32,000 nt of DNA from Acholeplasma laidlawii PG-8A (lineage in GTDB: Bacteria > Bacillota_I > Bacilli_A > Acholeplasmatales > Acholeplasmataceae). Below the pieces are notes generated by a model. It was not told where the DNA came from. It worked only from the letters and a program-made list of their open reading frames with translations, and ran no database searches. Positions within the stretch are counted from its first letter, which is position 1. The number at the start of each line of letters is the position of its first letter. Position numbers and translations under genes: made by a program. The stretch is from contig NC_010163.1 in the NCBI RefSeq assembly GCF_000018785.1, forward strand, positions 930,001 through 962,000. Reading direction: 5' to 3'. Of the stretch, positions 28,460 through 32,000 are shown in pieces.

Positions 28460-29752
28460 TTATAATTTTGGAGGAAATAATCCTGCAAGTTCAATTTGAG
28501 AACTTGCTTTTTGCCATTCTGACATTCCCTCTTTCCAAACTAAACTATCAGAAGTTAGAGCTCCTGTAGCCACCATTGTTCTTAAATTATTAATATCAAA
28601 CGGTCCTGTTGGTTTACCATCTTTGGCTACATGAAATTGAGTTACCGGAACTGACGGTGGTGTGCTTTGTCCATTATTTTTGTGATCTAGTGATTGGTCC
28701 ATCACACCAGCAATATTTTTACCGACAGCAGATCCAACAGCTATACCAGCCATCATTGAGACTGGATTAAATGCTGTACCATGACCGCCTAAGTCAACAT
28801 TGCCTGCTCCATTTTCGCCCATTTTACCTAATGCTTCTGCACCAGCAACACCAACTTCACCACTGATTTGTGTTTGATAAGCTCCAATATTAGTTTGTCT
28901 AGTTGTCATTCGTTGAGCATATTGTTCCTCTTCTCTCTTGATTCTTAGCTCTTCTTGATAGTTAAGAAGGTCTGTTTCTGCTTTACCTGTTGAAATATCT
29001 TTAGTAACCCTCTTGAGTTCAATATATGCTTCGTTATCTTTATCAACCTCAACTGCACTTAAATCAATACCAGTTACAGATATAGCAAAAAGATCATCTA
29101 GTCTATCACCAACATACAATTCAACATCTTGATTAATTAAATCTATCTTTGATTCAATTGCAATAACTGGAATATCGTGTTTAGAAGGAGCATTAGTGAC
29201 AACCTCTTTTACATACCGTGAAACTGATGCGTTAATTTTACTTTTTAGTTCTTCTATACTGAAATTTGCGAGTTGATGAAATAAAACGAACCTTTTATAA
29301 TCTTTTATTTTGAAAGTTAATGATCCTCTAACTGCAACTGGAACTTGAAAATCAGGAAATCTAGAATCCACCACATCAAAATATGGAATACCAAATCTAA
29401 CTTGTATAGCTTCAGCTAAGTTTAGAAAGAATACTTCAGCTTGGAAAGGTGTATCACCCTCATACCATAATCCAATAATAGATGATAAAATAGGAAAGTT
29501 TTTCGTTTTTAAAGTTCCATCATATGGACCTACAATATAATCTACCTTGGTGCCGTCTTCTTGTTTATAAAAAAAGGCTGCTACCTCACCAGTTTTAACT
29601 CTAAGTACTGAATTTGTTCTTATGGCTGTTTCCCTTTTTACTTCACCTTGACTAGTTCCACTGGGATGCCACTTCCATACTAAATAATTTGATTGATCAC
29701 AACGGATAACATCACTAAACCCACTTTTTTTCTTTCTATTGAATATCCCCAC
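28460..29752 (-). CDS. SPFH/YdjI-like (virion core protein family) with C-terminal GYF_2-type domain
   Basis: 430 aa; NIPNRKKKSGFSDVIRCDQSNYLVWKW-type start, AAFFYKQEDGTKVDYIVGPYDGTLKTKNFP, C-terminus FHVAKDGKPTGPFDINNLRTMVATGALTSDSLVWKEGMSEWQKAS. Confidence 0.85.
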   Translation of the reverse strand: MGIFNRKKKSGFSDVIRCDQSNYLVWKWHPSGTSQGEVKRETAIRTNSVLRVKTGEVAAFFYKQEDGTKVDYIVGPYDGTLKTKNFPILSSIIGLWYEGDTPFQAEVFFLNLAEAIQVRFGIPYFDVVDSRFPDFQVPVAVRGSLTFKIKDYKRFVLFHQLANFSIEELKSKINASVSRYVKEVVTNAPSKHDIPVIAIESKIDLINQDVELYVGDRLDDLFAISVTGIDLSAVEVDKDNEAYIELKRVTKDISTGKAETDLLNYQEELRIKREEEQYAQRMTTRQTNIGAYQTQISGEVGVAGAEALGKMGENGAGNVDLGGHGTAFNPVSMMAGIAVGSAVGKNIAGVMDQSLDHKNNGQSTPPSVPVTQFHVAKDGKPTGPFDINNLRTMVATGALTSDSLVWKEGMSEWQKASSQIELAGLFPPKL

Positions 29753-29790
29753 ATTTAATACCTCCTTGTATTTTCTTATTTTTGTTAAAA

Positions 29791-30564
29791 TTATTCTTCA
29801 TCTTCTTCTTCGTCTTCTTCATTTTCAGTATTTTTGACTTTAGATTTTGATTTATCTTTTTTTTGTGTTGCCCAATATAAAATACTTATTCCTAACATAA
29901 ATATAGTCATTGAAATTGTACTCAACATGTAATAAGGTGAATCACCATCACCAGACTCGGAACCTTTAAAGCCTCCCCATATCATTAACACTAATGATAC
30001 AACAGTAACAACTGAGCCAATCAAATACCGCCATGCATTATTCATAAAACGTTTAAAAGTTTTACTTCTATATTGGTTCATTGTTTTTTTATATAATTTA
30101 TCAATATATTCAAATTCAAATGTATTACCAAAAGATATTTTAGCTTTGTGATACGTTTGATCTACTTTTGCCTTCCAAGCTTCTTCACATTTTGAGTCTG
30201 TTGTTAGATTTGAAACTGCTAAGATAAAGAATTCATATATATCTTCCTTTGTGTTTGGAATATAAAAATTACTTATCAATTCATTTTTCTTTTCTATAGA
30301 CTTGGTTGACCCGATTTTATCAGCGAAATCTTTGACTACATTATCTAAATTAGAACCACGAAGCTCATATCCACAATCTTTACATTTGTGTTCAAATGCA
30401 TTTAAATGAGCACCACAATTCGGACATTTGTATATTTTCCCTTCAAATAATTTAATTCTTTTATTTTCTGAGGATTGCTGATTAATAATTACCACTTGTT
30501 TACCACACCCAGAGCAAAATTTCGAACCCTCTGATATTTGATTACCACAATTATTACAAAACAT
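29791..30564 (-). CDS. Double zinc-ribbon protein with two C-terminal TM segments and acidic tail
   Basis: 257 aa; MFCNNCGNQISEGSKFCSGCGKQ and YKCPNCGAHLNAFEHKCKDCGYEL; two hydrophobic segments; NTENEEDEEEDEE. Confidence 0.8.
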   Translation of the reverse strand: MFCNNCGNQISEGSKFCSGCGKQVVIINQQSSENKRIKLFEGKIYKCPNCGAHLNAFEHKCKDCGYELRGSNLDNVVKDFADKIGSTKSIEKKNELISNFYIPNTKEDIYEFFILAVSNLTTDSKCEEAWKAKVDQTYHKAKISFGNTFEFEYIDKLYKKTMNQYRSKTFKRFMNNAWRYLIGSVVTVVSLVLMIWGGFKGSESGDGDSPYYMLSTISMTIFMLGISILYWATQKKDKSKSKVKNTENEEDEEEDEE

Positions 30565-30568
30565 ATTC

Positions 30569-30796
30569 TTATCCCTCTTTTTGTTGATATTTAATAATTT
30601 TTACTGCATCACAAATATCACCGATATTACAATCTAGATATTCGCAAATTCTAAGTAGTACAGAAAGGGCAACTTCTTCATTTCTTCTAAGTTTAGTCAT
30701 TGTTCCGGTTGCAATATTAACCTCAGTCCTAAAATCAATTTGCGAAATATCTTTTTCTATGAGTAAAATCCATAGTTTTTTATAACTGATTTCCAT
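30569..30796 (-). CDS. Small XRE/Cro-CI-type transcriptional regulator (HTH_26-like)
   Basis: 75 aa; ISQIDFRTEVNIATGTMTKLRRNEEVALSVLLRICEYLDCNIGDICD. Confidence 0.85.
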   Translation of the reverse strand: MEISYKKLWILLIEKDISQIDFRTEVNIATGTMTKLRRNEEVALSVLLRICEYLDCNIGDICDAVKIIKYQQKEG

Positions 30797-30829
30797 ACGA
30801 CAGTATCCCCTTTCTTTCTTTATACTCTA

Positions 30830-30858
30830 ATAATATCATATTAATAAACTGATAACAA
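30830..30858 (-). promoter_or_regulatory. Putative promoter of the XRE / zinc-ribbon / SPFH cluster
   Basis: Minus strand TTGTTA -17 nt- TATTAT, followed by a GGGGG ribosome-binding region and ATG at 30796. Confidence 0.55.
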
Positions 30859-30876
30859 TACGAAATTAATGTTTAT

Positions 30877-30892
30877 TCGCAAGAACTTGCGA
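30877..30892. promoter_or_regulatory. Perfect palindrome, candidate operator
   Basis: TCGCAAG-AA-CTTGCGA, about 19 bp upstream of the putative -35. Confidence 0.4.
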
Positions 30893-30918
30893 TATTATCT
30901 CCTTAAAAACATAAATAA

Positions 30919-30949
30919 AGCTTTCTAATTCTATTTGAATTGGAAAGCT
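30919..30949. other. Long hairpin-forming inverted repeat
   Basis: agctttctaattc-tattt-gaattggaaagct, 13 pairs including one position that is U-G on the + strand. Confidence 0.5.
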
Positions 30950-31044
30950 GCTTAATTATGTTATTTAATTTATGAGTTTTATCAAAAATTAATTGGTGAA
31001 TTGTTATTCATTTAATTTACCTCAAAACTTACTTGTATAAAGAA

Positions 31045-31064
31045 AAAGTCACCAAAGTGACTTT
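31045..31064 (-). terminator. Terminator overlapping the stop codon of the DUF1643 gene
   Basis: aaagtcac/gtgacttt stem; minus-strand tail TTTTTCTTT. Confidence 0.65.
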
Positions 31065-31596
31065 ATAATTTATACTGTTGTTTTATATCAAACTCTTTTA
31101 AAGAGCTGTTATCAATAGATACATATAGTGGATGTTTAGGATGACCACTTTTATTTTGATCTAAACACATCCATGTACAATTATACTTAACTGATAATAA
31201 ATAAATTTCCTTTAAGGCTTCACTTAAATAATTTCTTTTTTCTATCAGATTTCCCCAACCAGCTATTAAAACACTACTTTGATTTGATTTTAATATGTTT
31301 TCGATTTCTCTAATGTTTCTTTGATAATATTGATCATTTGAATTGAAGTGCATTCCATTTGGATTGGTATCTCGTTGTGGATATATATTCAACATAATCC
31401 AACTATCATTATTTTGCTTTCTGGCTAATTTAACAACATTTTTAACAGTATTATCAAGTTTATTCGGCTCTGCTGTACTTGGGTTAACTCCAAAAAATAT
31501 AAGAGGTGATTTACCCTGAACTCCTAAAACATAACGTGCTGCATTGTCATTTTCTTTTATATAAATCCATTTACTCAAACTATTCATATTTATCAT
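31063..31596 (-). CDS. DUF1643 family protein
   Basis: 177 aa; PLIFFGVNPSTAEPNKLDNTVKNVVKLARKQ...GWIMLNIYPQR-like, typical DUF1643 layout. Confidence 0.88.
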   Translation of the reverse strand: MINMNSLSKWIYIKENDNAARYVLGVQGKSPLIFFGVNPSTAEPNKLDNTVKNVVKLARKQNNDSWIMLNIYPQRDTNPNGMHFNSNDQYYQRNIREIENILKSNQSSVLIAGWGNLIEKRNYLSEALKEIYLLSVKYNCTWMCLDQNKSGHPKHPLYVSIDNSSLKEFDIKQQYKL

Positions 31597-31625
31597 TTAC
31601 CTATATTCTAAATTTTCAAAATTTT

Positions 31626-31692
31626 TGCCTCACGTTTTTTAAAGCCCCTCCCGTGCGGTACCCATGGGACCATCAACAAGTGATGATAGGGG
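31626..31692 (-). promoter_or_regulatory. GC-rich structured element in the DUF1643 leader
   Basis: Sequence 31643-31692 is 31/50 G+C; contains cccct (31644-31648)/agggg (31687-31691) and ggtaccc/gggacc (31656-31670) complementary arms. Confidence 0.35.
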
Positions 31693-31699
31693 GATTAAT

Positions 31700-32000
31700 C
31701 TAAAAATTATTGTTCTTTACCTTCTTTTTTAATATCTCAATCAGTTCTTTTGTATTAACAACAAAGCCAAACTTATACTTTTTATCTTTGGTGTGTATTT
31801 CTAATCTCATATAGCGATTATAATATTCTGCTCTAGCAATATCTTTATAACTTATTACAAGATTTCTTTTAAAATATCTTTTGATTATAATTTCTTTGCT
31901 ATCATAGGTGAGTGGAATAGGTTTTATGATATCTTTCCCAATCCAATAAACAGACCATATCAATACAATTGTGAATATGTAAGTCGCAATTTGCTGTGCC
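31700..32000 (-). CDS. Hypothetical TM + PH-like protein (N-terminus off right edge)
   Basis: Track ORF starts at a TTG (31963), but the frame stays open to the edge: AQQIATYIFTIVLIWSVYWIGKDIIKPI..., so the gene is partial. Confidence 0.55.
   Translation of the reverse strand, partial: AQQIATYIFTIVLIWSVYWIGKDIIKPIPLTYDSKEIIIKRYFKRNLVISYKDIARAEYYNRYMRLEIHTKDKKYKFGFVVNTKELIEILKKKVKNNNF

Noticed and set aside
31506-31703. + strand 65-aa ORF crossing the GC-rich element
   Set aside because: Antisense to the DUF1643 start; the unusual PPVRYPWDHQQVMIGG stretch just translates the GC-rich structured DNA.
1-32000. CRISPR arrays, tRNA or rRNA genes, complete IS elements, restriction-modification or retron-like genes
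   Set aside because: Read-through found no regular spaced repeats, cloverleaf sequences, transposase/integrase, methylase or reverse transcriptase motifs in the translated frames; absence is by eye and would need tRNAscan-SE, Infernal and HMM searches to confirm.

Overview
This is an AT-rich, low-GC Gram-positive window. I think it is Acholeplasma-like (a Mollicute that keeps TGA as a stop), judged only from protein style and composition. Nearly all genes lie on the minus strand. From 1 to about 20.3 kb it carries ordinary core genes: rsfS, yqeK, yqeH, yqeG, greA, a YgjP-like peptidase, an O-methyltransferase, a DUF1292 protein, the YqgF/RuvX resolvase, alaS with a T-box leader, a CNNM/HlyC-type CBS protein, an HD hydrolase, a GGDEF protein, a CPA-type antiporter, chrA, DUF1836, degV, rsmH, a lipoprotein, an SDF symporter and a NUDIX hydrolase. 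From about 20.4 kb to the right edge it is accessory in character, with small membrane proteins, apparent gene decay, a zincin-like protein and a lone phage-type terminase-small-subunit-like ORF. The same region also has a PASTA-like/InlB-B-repeat lipoprotein, an SPFH + double-zinc-ribbon + XRE gene set, and DUF1643. The observations most worth follow-up are: (i) the XRE / zinc-ribbon membrane protein / SPFH-GYF_2 cluster with a palindrome near its promoter, a candidate envelope-stress module without a PspA gene in view; (ii) a gene interrupted by one in-frame TGA exactly where Trp would fit, next to a HAD gene split at a homopolymer; (iii) a 62% GC, structure-prone element in the leader of the DUF1643 gene; (iv) a hairpin that is both terminator-like and masks a Shine-Dalgarno at the left edge. 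I saw no CRISPR array, tRNA, rRNA or complete transposase. No clearly novel defence or mobile system can be proven from sequence alone.
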